Assembly (NCBI GenBank): GCA_964016885.1
Contig: OZ024740.1
Location: forward strand, 256,184,001-256,248,000
DNA from: Eledone cirrhosa
Lineage: Eukaryota
Reading direction: 5' to 3'
DNA length: 64,000 nt
Shown here one piece after another: positions 33,001-46,420 of this stretch. A program made the position numbers and the translations under genes. Each line of letters starts with the position of its first letter. Position 1 is the stretch's first letter. Under the pieces are notes generated by a model, which did not search any database, was not told the DNA's origin, and saw nothing but the letters and a program-made list of their open reading frames with translations.

Positions 33001-36000
33001 ACCGACGGCAGACCCCAACGGCAGACACTAACGGGAGACCCTAACGGCAGACACAAACGGCAGACCCCAACGGAATACACCAACGGCAGACCCCAACGGC
33101 AGACCCCAATGGCAGACACCAACGGCAGACACCAACGGCAGACACCAACGGCAGACACTAAAGGCAGACCCCAACGGCTGACACTAACAGCAGACACTAA
33201 CGGCAGACACCAACGGCAGACGCTAACGGCAGACACCAACGGCAGACACTAACGGCAGACACCAACGGCAGACACTAAAGGAAGACACCAACAGCAGACA
33301 CCAACGGCAGACACTAACGGCAGACACTAACAGCAGACACTAACGGCAGACACAAACGTCAGACACCAATGGCAGACACCAACAGCAGACATTAACGGCA
33401 GACACTAACGGCAGACACCAACGGAAGACACTAAAGGCAGACATTAACGGAAGACACTAACGGCAGACACTAACGGCAGACACCAACGGCATACACCAAC
33501 GGCAGACACTAACGGCAGACCCCAACGGCAGACACAAACGGCAGACACCAACGGCAGACACCAACGGCAGACACTAACGGCAGCCACTTACGGCAGACAC
33601 TAACGGCAGACGCCAACTGCAGACCCCAACGTCAGACACCAACAACAGACACCAACGGAAGACACTAACGGCAGACACAAACAACAGACACCAACAGCAG
33701 ACACCAACAGCAGACACCAACAGCAGACACCAACGGCAGACACCAACGGCAGACACAAACGGCAGACACCAACATCAGACACCAACAGCAGACACCAACA
33801 GCATACACCAACGGCAGACAACAACGGCAGACACCAACGGCAGACACCAACTGCAGACACTAACGGCGGACACCGACAGCAGACACCAACGGCAGACACT
33901 AACGGCAGACACCAACGGCAGATACCAACTGCAGACACTAACGGCGGACACCAACAGCAGACACCAACGGCAGACACTAACGGCAGACACCAACGGCAGA
34001 CACCAACGGCAGACACTAACGGCAGACACCAACGGCAGACACAAACGGCAGACACCAACTGTAGACACTAACGGCGGACACCAACAGCAGACACCAACGG
34101 CAGACACTAACGGCAGACACCAACGGCAGACACCAACGGCAGACACCAACGGCAGACACCAACTGCAGACACTAACGGCGGACACCAACAGCAGACACCA
34201 ACGGCAGACACTAACGGCAGACACCAACGGCAGACACCAACGGCAGACACAAACGGCAGACACCAACGGCAGACACTAACGGCAGATATAAACGGCAGAC
34301 AACATCGGCAGACACCAACGGCAGACACCAATGGCAGACATCAACCGCAGACACTAACGGCAGACACCAACGGCAGACATTAACGGCAGACAACAACGGC
34401 ATACACCAACGGCAGACACCAACGGCAGACACCAACGGCAGACATTAACGGCAGACACCAACGGCAGACACTAACGGCAGACACCAACGGCAGACACCAG
34501 CGGCAGACATTAACGTCAGACACCAACGGCAGACACTAACGGCAGACAAAAACGGCAGACACCAACGGCAGACACCAACGGCAGACACCAACGGCAGACA
34601 TTAACGGCAGACACCAACGGCAGACACCAACGGCGGACGCTAACGGCAGACACCAACGGCAGACACAAACGGCAGACACCAACGGCAGACATTAACGGCA
34701 GACACCAACGGCAGACACCAAGGGCAGACACTAACGGCAGACACCAACGGCAGACACCAACGGCAGACACCAACGGCAGACCCCCAACGGCAGACCCCAA
34801 TGGCAGACACCAACGGCAGACACCAACGGCAGACACAAACGGCAGACACTAACGGCAGACCCCAACGGCTGACACTAACGGCAGACACTAACGGCAGACA
34901 CCAACGGCAGACGCTAACGGCAGACATCAACGGCAGACACAAACGGCAGACACCAACGGCAGACACAAGCGGCAGACACTAACGGCAGACACCAACGGCA
35001 GACACAACGGCAGACACTAACGGCAGACCCCAACGGCAGACACAAACGGCAGACACCAAAGGCAGACAAACGGCAGACACTAACGGCAGACCCTAACGGC
35101 AGACACCAACGGCTGACACCAACGGCAGACCCCAACGCTGACACCAACGGCAGACCCCAACGGCAGACACAAACGGCAGACACCAACGGCTGACACTAAC
35201 GGCAGACACTAACGGCAGACACCAACGGCAGACGCTAACGGCAGACACCAACGGCAGACACTAACGGCAGACACAAACGGCAGACACTAACGGCAGACAC
35301 CAACAGCAGACACCAACGGCAGACACCAACGGCAGGCACTAACGGCAGACACCGACGGCAGACCCCAACGGCAGACACTAACGGGAGACCCTAACGGCAG
35401 ACACAAACGGCAGACCCCAACGGAATACACCAACGGCAGACCCCAACGGCAGACCCCAATGGCAGACACCAACGGCAGACACCAACGGCAGACACCAACG
35501 GCAGACACTAAAGGCAGACCCCAACGGCTGACACTAACAGCAGACACTAACGGCAGACACCAACGGCAGACGCTAACGGCAGACACCAACGGCAGACACT
35601 AACGGCAGACACCAACGGCAGACACTAAAGGAAGACACCAACAGCAGACACCAACGGCAGACACTAACGGCAGACACTAACAGCAGACACTAACGGCAGA
35701 CACAAACGTCAGACACCAATGGCAGACACCAACAGCAGACATTAACGGCAGACACTAACGGCAGACACCAACGGAAGACACTAAAGGCAGACATTAACGT
35801 AAGACACTAACGGCAGACACTAACGGCAGACACCAACGGCATACGCCAACGGCAGACACTAACGGCAGACCCCAACGGCAGACACAAACGGCAGACACCA
35901 ACGGCAGACACCAACGGCAGACACTAACGGCAGCCACTTACGGCAGACACTAACGGCAGACGCCAACTGCAGACCCCAACGGCAGACACCAACAACAGAC

Positions 36001-39000
36001 ACCAACGGAAGACACTAACGGCAGACACAAACAACAAACACCAACAGCAGACACCAACAGCAGACACCAACAGCAGACACCAACGGCAGACACCAACGGC
36101 AGACACAAACGGCAGACACCAACAGCAGACACCAACAGCAGACACCAACAGCATACACCAACGGCAGACAACAACGGCAGACACCAACGGCAGACACCAA
36201 CTGCAGACACTAACGGCGGACACCGACAGCAGACACCAACGGCAGACACTAACGGCAGACACCAACGGCAGACACCAACTGCAGACACTAACGGCGGACA
36301 CCAACAGCAGACACCAACGGCAGACACTAACGGCAGACACCAACGGCAGACACCAACGGCAGACACTAACGGCAGACACCAACGGCAGACACCAACGGCA
36401 GACACAAACGGCAGACACCAACTGTAGACACTAACGGCGGACACCAACAGCAGACACCAACGGCAGACACTAACGGCAGACACCAACGGCAGACACCAAC
36501 GGCAGACACCAACGGCAGACACCAACTGCAGACACTAACGGCGGACACCAACAGCAGACACCAACGGCAGACACTAACGGCAGACACCAACGGCAGACAC
36601 CAACGGCAGACACAAACGGCAGACACCAACGGCAGACACTAACGGCAGATATAAACGGCAGACAACATCGGCAGACACCAACGGCAGACACCAATGGCAG
36701 ACATCAACCGCAGACACTAACGGCAGACACCAACGGCAGACATTAACGGCAGACAACAACGGCATACACCAACGGCAGACACCAACGGCAGACACCAACG
36801 GCAGACATTAACGGCAGACACCAACGGCAGACACTAACGGCAGACACCAACGGCAGACACCAGCGGCAGACATTAACGTCAGACACCAACGGCAGACACT
36901 AACGGCAGACAAAAACGGCAGACACCAACGGCAGACACCAACGGCAGACACCAACGGCAGACACCAACGGCAGACACCAACGGCGGACGCTAACGGCAGA
37001 CACCAACGGCAGACACAAACGGCAGACACCAACGGCAGACATTAACGGCAGACACCAACGGCAGACACCAAGGGCAGACACTAACGGCAGACACCAACGG
37101 CAGACACCAACGGCAGACACCACGGCAGACACAAACGGCAGACACTAACGGCAGACCCCAACGGCAGACACAAACGGCAGACACCAACGGCAGACACCAA
37201 CGGCAGACACTAACGGCAGACCCCAACGGCAGACACAAATGGCAGACACCAACGGCAGACACAAGCGGCAGACACTAACGGCAGACACCAACGGCAGACA
37301 CAAACGGCAGACACTAACGGCAGACCCCAACGGCAGACACAAACGGCAGACACCAACGGCAGACAAACGGCAGACAAACGGCAGACACTAACGGCAGACC
37401 CCAACGGCAGACACCAACGGCTGACACCAACGGCAGACCCCAACGCTGACACCAACGGCAGACCCCAACGGCAGACACAAACGGCAGACACCAACAACAG
37501 ACACCAACGGAAGACACTAACGGCAGACACAAACAACAGACACCAACAGCAGACACCAACAGCAGACACCAACAGCAGACACCAACGGCAGACACCAACG
37601 GCAGACACAAACGGCAGACACCAACAGCAGACACCAACAGCAGACACCAACAGCATACACCAACGGCAGACAACAACGGCAGACACCAACGGCAGACACC
37701 AACTGCAGACACTAACGGCGGACACCGACAGCAGACACCAACGGCAGACACTAACGGCAGACACCAACGGCAGACACCAACTGCAGACACTAACGGCGGA
37801 CACCAACAGCAGACACCAACGGCAGACACTAACGGCAGACACCAACGGCAGACACCAACGGCAGACACTAACGGCAGACACCAACGGCAGACACCAACGG
37901 CAGACACAAACGGCAGACACCAACTGTAGACACTAACGGCGGACACCAACAGCAGACACCAACGGCAGACACTAACGGCAGACACCAACGGCAGACACCA
38001 ACGGCAGACACCAACGGCAGACACCAACTGCAGACACTAACGGCGGACACCAACAGCAGACACCAACGGCAGACACTAACGGCAGACACCAACGGCAGAC
38101 ACCAACGGCAGACACAAACGGCAGACACCAACGGCAGACACTAACGGCAGATATAAACGGCAGACAACATCGGCAGACACCAACGGCAGACACCAATGGC
38201 AGACATCAACCGCAGACACTAACGGCAGACACCAACGGCAGACATTAACGGCAGACAACAACGGCATACACCAACGGCAGACACCAACGGCAGACACCAA
38301 CGGCAGACATTAACGGCAGACACCAACGGCAGACACTAACGGCAGACACCAACGGCAGACACCAGCGGCAGACATTAACGTCAGACACCAACGGCAGACA
38401 CTAACGGCAGACAAAAACGGCAGACACCAACGGCAGACACCAACGGCAGAAACCAACGGCAGACATTAACGGCAGACACCAACGGCAGACACCAACGGCG
38501 GACGCTAACGGCAGACACCAACGGCAGACACAAACGGCAGACACCAACGGCAGACATTAACGGCAGACACCAACGGCAGACACCAAGGGCAGACACTAAC
38601 GGCAGACACCAACTGCAGACACCAACGGCAGACACCACGGCAGACACAAACGGCAGACACTAACGGCAGACCCCAACGGCAGACACAAACGGCAGACACC
38701 AACGGCAGACACCAACGGCAGACACTAACGGCAGACCCCAACGGCAGACACAAACGGCAGACACCAACGGCAGACACAAGCGGCAGACACTAACGGCAGA
38801 CACCAACGGCAGACACAAACGGCAGACACTAACGGCAGACCCCAACGGCAGACACAAACGGCAGACACCAACGGCAGACAAACGGCAGACAAACGGCAGA
38901 CACTAACGGCAGACCCCAACGGCAGACACCAACGGCTGACACCAACGGCAGACCCCAACGCTGACACCAACGGCAGACCCCAACGGCAGACACAAACGGC

Positions 39001-39140
39001 AGACACCAACGGCAGACACCAACGGCAGACGCAAACGGCAGACACTAACGGCAGACCCCAACGGCTGACACCAACGGCAGACCCCAACGGCAGACACCAA
39101 CGGCAGACACTAACGGCAGACACTAACAGCAAACACTAAC
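1..39140. repeat. 13-bp tandem satellite array, consensus AACGGCAGACAC(C/T/A), ~3,000 copies; runs off the left edge of the window
   Basis: Continuous 13-nt periodicity. Common variants are ACACT, ACACA, ACCCC, ACATT, AACAG and AACTG, with occasional 11-12 nt monomers. Decays over the last few monomers to end near 39140. The + strand is strongly T-poor. Confidence 0.99.
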
Positions 39141-39385
39141 AGGAGAAACACGATAAATCAACACGGCGGCCTTATGAACCCCTGAGGAGCTACGGTATTA
39201 TGCATGACATGATTTATAAAAGTTATTGACGCTGGATATTTCAAATTTTTTTTTCTACTGATGATAATATTGGGGTCCAAAATGGAAAATTAATTTCAAT
39301 GTCTTCTTGGATAGGCTATGTTGTCCCTCAGAATATCAAATTACTTATGTGTATGTAATAAATTATATATATAGTATTACTATTA

Positions 39386-39470
39386 TTAAATAAATAAATA
39401 AATAATAATTAAATAAATAAATAAATAAAGAAATAAAGAAAACATTATTATTACTATTATTATTATTATT
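39386..39470. repeat. (AAAT)n followed by (TTA)n microsatellite
   Basis: taaataaataaataaat... then cattattattactattattattattatt immediately before LINE copy 1. Confidence 0.9.
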
Positions 39471-39644
39471 TGCGACTTACATGGGAAAATATGTTATCGT
39501 GAGCTCCGAAAGTTATGTTGTTTTAAGTTATTTTGAATTACTAGCTGTGGAAAATTGTGAGCGTTAAATTGTTGATAAGTTCTTATAGATTGTTTTCTGT
39601 AATGCCCAAATTTGAACTTTATCTTTTCAAAACAAAGAAAAAAA

Positions 39645-41536
39645 ATGTCAAAAAATATGGACAGAATACGCCACCCATATATAAGTCAGCTTTCACGTGA
39701 CAGCAGCTCAAACACTGACACTATTCCCAACACCACCATTGCGAACTTTGCTACAATTGCCAACAAGGAAAACGACTTCGCTAACAGCAACAACAGCAAT
39801 GGCAGTTACCAGAGTTTGTCCCGTGCAGCACAGGTGGATTTTCCGCCTTTGCCAATGTCTACCGCTGTGAAAGCCGCCACCACCACCGCCACAATGTCGA
39901 GGAGAACATCAAAAACCACTGATACCACCATCACCACCACCACAGAAACAACTGAAACAATATAATTATTTCGTGATAACAATGGATTCTCCCAATTTAT
40001 TAACAACATTCACGAATGTGGTCACCGCCGACAGTCACGCCGTACACCACTGACACCAACACTACCACACCACCACCACCACCACCACCACAGCAACAAC
40101 TGCAAAAAAAAATAATAATAATAACAAGAACAACAATAACAACAAGATCAACAACAGCAACAATAAGAATAATATCAACACCAACGCCAGCGCAAATCCA
40201 AATGTGTCTTTCGCGGAAGCGGTGAACAAGAACTAAACGATTGAGGTAAGCCAGGAACAGTTGAATGAGGCCAGGCGAATGGTGAAGAAAAATGGCTACA
40301 GGGTCAGCCTCACTCCTCCCTCAACCACCATGCAACATCGGCGGCTATGTACGGTATGATACCGTACAATTAGTACAAAAACACTCCGAGTGGAGCAGGC
40401 ATCCAAGGCTCAGAAAAAAACACATCATACGTGGACGAATATATGGGACCGTGGATGTATTCTTTGGAACCCCACAGGAAACCAGAGAGCACTCCACGTC
40501 TCTACTAAAGAGTGACGAGCTCACACTAGCCCCAGGTTACTGTTGACAAGGGCTCATGAGAGTAAAAGTGACCCAGGTACCTCCGGGCATTGAAATTCCC
40601 AGAAAAACATCCAAAAGATTCCAGAAGTGATAGACCTCGATGACAGCAGCCACCTTACCATAATCGTTGAAGGTAGAAAGACAAAGTGTGTCGTTTGTGG
40701 TGATGGAACCCACTTAAGGCCTTCTGCCTTTAGGGGATGGCTAAAAAATTAAGGCCATCTCTCCTGCTTACCCCACTGGCTCAACCAGCAAAAACATGCA
40801 GCAACAACGATAGCAAGACCACCACCACCACCTACCACGCCAGAAGTTGCACTAGCGCCGCCACCATTCCCCACGCCACAAGCAACAGCAACGCCTGTGG
40901 AGGACATTCCTCTCCCCGATCTTTCACAACTGGAGACGGATTGTGACGAGGAGGAGGGTTGGGAAACTGTATCTGTAAAAAAAAGAAAGAGCCCTCTCCC
41001 TTCGCCCGCAAAGAAAATAGAGGGCGAAACAAACGAAAAGACAAGAAAGCTAAGACAGCGACGCCACCACCACACACACCAGCATGACCAGACCCATCGC
41101 CACAAACACCATTACCATCACCATCACCATCATCAAACCCAACACCATCATCACCAACACCCCCAAAAACACCAACAAGCGAAACAGAAAGAATCCCGCA
41201 CGCGCAACCACAACAAACGCAAACAACAAAACAACCAAACCGAAACACACTTCACAGCATTAAACTTGAACAATAAGCAATTATTACATTAGATCCAATA
41301 CAACACCAGCTTCACAGAGAAAAACTATACAACACCACAAAAATTCACACCACCCAAATATACACTCGTATCACACAGAAAACATACACAACCCTAAAAA
41401 AAAAAAAATACACAAGAACATCGGAGATTTCCGGCAAACGCTTTTCAGGAGGATATATAAAGGCATTCTTCCGGAGGGGGCCACAAACTGTCAGAAGGGC
41501 GGAAAAACCATCCTTTCTCTACAAGAACTGAGGTAA
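39645..41536 (+). pseudogene. LINE ORF1 (gag-like nucleic-acid chaperone), copy 1, frameshifted
   Basis: Pieces align to copy-3 ORF1: DFPPLPM, VSFAEAV, YGTVDVFFGTP, zinc knuckle CVVCGDGTHL at ~40687, VEDIPLPDLSQLETDCDEE and HFTALNLNNKQLLH. Confidence 0.88.
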
Positions 41537-41571
41537 GTAGTCTTTCCCACCTTTTCCCACTCTTTTTCAAC

Positions 41572-44426
41572 ATGATCCTACTCAGAATAGTCAGTACGTG
41601 GCCTGGAGTCGTGATAGAAGCAGAGTCATCTGCTCAACGGCCTCAGGTCAATGAACATAGATGTGGTAGTCATCAGCGAGAGCAGAATTTCCGAGGCACA
41701 TGCCTTTGCATCTCTGTCCGGTGGTTACGATGTGCACGCATCTCCAAGCCGGCTAAGATCAGGAGGTGGAGTAGCTGTGTTGTTTCGGAGAAGCCTAGAT
41801 TTCGTGATACGGGTCATCTTCCTGGACTCAGAAGGTAACTCGGTGGTGTTGGACGTGACCAGCAGCGAAGGCTATGCTTTTGGACTAGTGGCTGTTTATT
41901 CCCTGACAGGAGCAGGACGGCTTGATATCCTCAGGCGGCAGCTGACCTTCCTAGGAACTTTAATGTTAGTGGATGATTGGAACGGGATGTTGAATGAATG
42001 CTGGGACTGTGTGGGATTAGCGGATAGGGAAGGAGGGTGTAAACGCCTCGCAAACCTGCTCAGACGTTTCCAACTGTCTGACAGGAACCGACTGGATTTT
42101 CCGAATGTGCCAATGTGAGCATGGACAAACCGCATTGGGTCATCCAGATCGTATCTAGATATAATATTTTGCAAGAAAGTAGATAGTTCTAGCATAGTTT
42201 GTCCACGATTCAAGATAGTCCACTACACAGACCAAAATTTGTGATCTTCAAAACCTTCAGAGACCGGATTAGCGAACTAGTTAAGCGGGCTTTGAAGGGA
42301 GCAGTCAACAACGACAAATGGTGGTTCTCCCTGAAAAGGGCGATTAGAATAGAATCCATTAGCTTTAGTAAAGCATTAGCAATAGAAAAAAATAGAGCAG
42401 GGATAGAACTAGTTAGAAAACTAGTAAAGCATCGCGAAATTGGCCGTCGATCAATTCTTCAACGCAAAGCACGATGGCTGCGTTGTCAGAGCTAGGGTGC
42501 GTGCTCTCAGGCACGAGGGAACGAAAGCCGTTTGATGGGCTCGAATGAGGGAGGCGTAGTGTGGCAACGAAGTCACGATCCGTTCTTTGGAGGATCATGA
42601 AGGGTGCATGTTATTCGAACCCGAGCAAATGTGTGCGCTTATTGTCGGTGGTCTTGTAGGGGTAGTGCAGACATGCACCATTCCAGACAGAACCATCCAC
42701 GACAACCTCCACCTCATGCGATACATCTTGGATAGGGTAGCTAACGAACCTAGCAGGGAGGGGCCTTGATCAATTTAGATCAGTCGAAAGCTTTCGATAG
42801 GGTCGACCATCGTTATCTGGCGGCTGTCCTGAGGGCGGTCGGCTTTGGGCCCGTCTTCGGAGGCAGGATCGCTGCCCTGATCAGCGACATTTGCTCTGTG
42901 GTGAGGGTGAACGGTCACCTTTCGGAACCGTTCAACATAATGCTCTCGGTCCACCAAGGATGTCCCCTCCCGTCCCTGTTGTAACTTTTGATTCTCGAGC
43001 CATTACTGCACGAAATTGAGACGTTTAGGGGTGTCCTGCACGAACTGGGATACGGGAGAACTGTGTCAGCATATGCCAACGACGTCACCGTAGTGGAGTC
43101 GAATGTCAAACACATCGAGTCATTACACTGAGAGAATATGAGGCAGAGACAGGAACAATGATCCACCAGGAAAAGTCGGTGGGCCTGCAGCTCGGCACCT
43201 GGAGAGGAAGATCCATGTCGTCCAACAGCCTCATCGGGCGCTGGACGGACCGGTTAAATTGCTAGGGGTCTGGTTCCGTCCATACCTCCAGCCGGAGAAA
43301 AACTGGGACGAGGTGATGAGCAGTGTGGCCTCTCTCACCCAGAAATGGCTGAGACGAAGCTATCTCTGAAAGGTCGAGCGGAAATGGCGAACACGTACAG
43401 CGCGTCCGTCATCTACTACCGCCTGACCGTCGTGCCTTGTCCTAAGCCTCGCCTGACTGCGTTGGAGCGTTTGCTCTTTCGCTTTTTGTGGAAGGGACGC
43501 GCTCCGATGGTCAGCCTGTCCGCTTGCTGTCAACACCCGCTACGTGGAGAGCTGGGCATGCCGTGGCTGATGATGTGCAAACATGCGCTCAGGCTACGGC
43601 ACCTCCACCTCTTTCTCGACGGTGATCAGGTGTGGTCACCATTTGTTAAACGCTTATTTCCCCAGCTCGTCTCCTTGACGGAGCTCCAGTCCTGGGTCAA
43701 GCGAAGACCGAGGAGGAGCTCATGGAAAATTGGAATGTCTCCAGGCACTTACAGCCCTCGACCAATCGGGCAATGTGATCAGTGGAAACTCCACCTCGGC
43801 GTTCGATAGAGGGTTAGTGGAAGGAAAGAGCGACGACGTCCTTGGGGATACTCTGGGCTCGACGAAAATCATCGAGCCAATCCCTTCAGGAGGAACTTTC
43901 GGGATGGGCCCATGGACAACTTCCAGAAATTCCTGGCCTGGCAGTGCTACCGAGGAGATTTGCCAGTTCGGGATAAACTCTACAGGCATGGAAGTGCCGT
44001 CAGTCTGGCCTGTCCGAGATGTGCGCAGGGCGACGAAACCGTTGTGCACGTTCTCGTCCAGTGTCCGAGCATTGCTGACTTGTGGGTTTATGTCCAACAC
44101 CTGCTGTCGCGTGTAGGACAGATCCGGCTATCAGTTGAATCCATCGTGAGGGTTGCCTCGCCGTCTTCATTTAGCCAAGAAGGGCAGGCAGTTTTTATCT
44201 TTATGGTGGCCATGGCAAAAAAGATCGTATGATGGACGCGTTTGAAAGGGCTAAAGACAAGCACTTACCTCTTCAGTAATGCCCTGATTAACTTTTCAAA
44301 TTTCATTTGAAAAGGAAAATCAAGGTAGAGAGGGAAGTGCTGTCTTCCCAGCATTTTGTTGAAAGATGGGTGAGAGAGGCAAGCATGGTCTGAGTGAATG
44401 AGCCTGCTCTGAGTATGCGCTTGTAA
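41572..44426 (+). pseudogene. LINE ORF2 (APE endonuclease, reverse transcriptase, CCHC finger), copy 1
   Basis: Motifs VVVISESR, DDWN, INLDQSKAFDRVDH, HQGCPL, YAND (from YADD) and CPRCAQGDETVVHVLVQC. Many stops and frameshifts, plus a deletion of roughly 430 bp at ~42635 relative to copy 3. Confidence 0.95.
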
Positions 44427-44895
44427 ATTGAAGGTGGAAAAGTGGGAGAGGGCACTTTGCTCTGGTGGTCAGCGTGACCGTGGCATTTTTAATGGGCTTT
44501 CTCCACGAATGTCCCTCGGAAGTCCCCCCACCCCACCAATTGGGGAATTTCCCTTTGTCATTTTCTGTGTTTTTTACTTTACACGCAGAAATGCCCATTC
44601 GTACCGTCATGTAGCGTCCTCTGCTGTCCTTAATATTATACTTTATGTCAACCCTAGTGGTTAATAAAGAAACCATTATTATTATTAGTAGTATTATTGA
44701 AGGTGAAGCCACGCTTCTTATCGTCTCCGGTTTTTTTCAACAGTTTACCTCGTTTTCAACCGTTGTTAACCTTTTATTAAAATTTTAAACTTGATAAAAG
44801 TTTAGAAGAAGTGACCCACTTAATACAGGGGTTCACTCGTAAATACGGGGTGCCGTATTATGTAAAAATATTATTTGAAGAAAATTTCTTTCAAC

Positions 44896-46393
44896 ATGGA
44901 TAACACAAGAAAGAGAGAAAGCGTGGTCAGACAATATAGAGAGAGGGAGTCTTTGTCAGCATATCAACAAGACAGCGTTCTAGCGAAGGTAAATATAAAA
45001 GAAAATATTACGAAGGAAAAGAGGAACAATATCATTTTTAATGATATTGTTACAGGTTCAAAATTACCAAATATTTCTAATACAAACAACACCAAAAATA
45101 ACACCAACAACAACACCATCAATAACAGCAGCAATCACAAAAATAACAGCGGTAAGGTCGAGAACGACAATAACAATGACAATAACAACAGCCACAACAA
45201 CAATAATAGTAAGAACAGTATCAACAAAAACAACAATAATAACAACAGCCACAATAACAGTTACAACAGCAACAGTATCAACGAAAACAACAACGACAGC
45301 AGCAACAACAGTACCAACGAAAACATCAACAATGACACCGATACCTGTAACAGCGATCTCAGCACCACCAGCAAGACCAGTAGCGGCCGCAATAGTGGTG
45401 CCGCTGAAAAAGGGACCACTTCTTTTGCAGGTGTGGCCCGAAATATCGAAACAATGTTAGTCACAGAGGAGGAGATGGCAATCTAAGGGCCATGGTGACA
45501 AGAAACGTCAATAGAGTTTCCCTGAAACCTCCACCCGATTTGTTCAAGGACCAGCAGCTACGGACGGTGACTTACCGCACCGTAAGCAAAATGTCACATC
45601 GGGTGGAGAGAGCCACGGAGGCTCAAATCCAAAAGGCCTTGGGGTGCGTCTGGGCGCGCAAAACCCACATCACCCGATCAAAAATTATGCCACACTAGAC
45701 GTACTTTAAAGCAGCGGCAGCAGTGGCGGTAACACCAACAGTCGCAGTAGCTACACCGGCGGCAAAATCGCCGGAGCGGGCTCCACTACCATCACCAACA
45801 ACAGTGGAGCTCATGCCCCTCCCGGACGCCACGGGGTCTGACATGGAGTGTGAGGCGGGAGGGAATCTGACATGGAGTATGAGGCGGGAGAAAAAAACGC
45901 TTAGCTTCACCCTCGAAAAGTGAAGGCAGACAAAGAGAAGTAAAGGCTGCAAGGAGACTTGCAGCAACACCATCACCATCACCACGACAAGCATCATCAC
46001 CAACAACAACCACACCACCACCAGCATCACCAAAAACACCAACATCGCAAACACAACAAAACACACACATCAAACAGCAACAAAATCACCCTCCCCCCAA
46101 AAGTACACAGCCATAAACATGGCAAATAAAGAACTCATACAACATATAAAGCAGCACAGAGACATCACAGAAAAAAACTTCTATACTCCACCAACATCAA
46201 GAACTCTCCCGACAAACAAGCATTATTGATATCAATATAGAACAGTACAAACTTAAAACAAAAATTCACCAACGCAGTTCGAGACTTCAGGGGGTCGGTT
46301 ACCAAGAAGATATACAGTGACATCCTCTTGGAAACACCCATGACCAGCCAAAGGGACAGTCCTACTGTCCCTTCACCACACGATCAAGTGAGT
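44896..46393 (+). pseudogene. LINE ORF1, copy 2, with Asn-rich N-terminus and internal deletion
   Basis: TSFAGVAR and RTVTYRT...VERATEAQIQKALGCVWARKTHI match copy 3. The zinc-knuckle region is absent after ~45690. Confidence 0.85.
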
Positions 46394-46420
46394 GACCCTT
46401 TCTCACTTGCCCCGTTTCTC

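Larger units (their letters stand above)
39471..44698 (+). mobile_element. Tx1/L1-clade non-LTR retrotransposon, copy 1 (5'-complete, decayed)
   Basis: 5' end GCGACTTAC...ATCGTGAGCTCCG matches copy 3. Contains fragmented ORF1 and APE/RT ORF2, AATAAA at 44663 and a (TTA)n tail at 44675-44698. Confidence 0.95.

Noticed and set aside
41-39132. Hundreds of Cys/Val-rich (VSAVGVCRWCLPL)n and (TPTADTNGRHQRQ)n ORFs, up to 308 aa
   Set aside because: These are translations of a 13-bp repeat: all frames give the same 13-aa cycle, and stops and indels fall at random
1-39140. CRISPR array or telomeric repeat
   Set aside because: No unique spacers and no cas genes; not a TTAGGG-type unit; eukaryotic TE context
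40040-40200. Satellite derived from CA-rich ORF1 sequence
   Set aside because: Only compositional similarity (ACACCAAC); no full 13-mer seen in the LINEs
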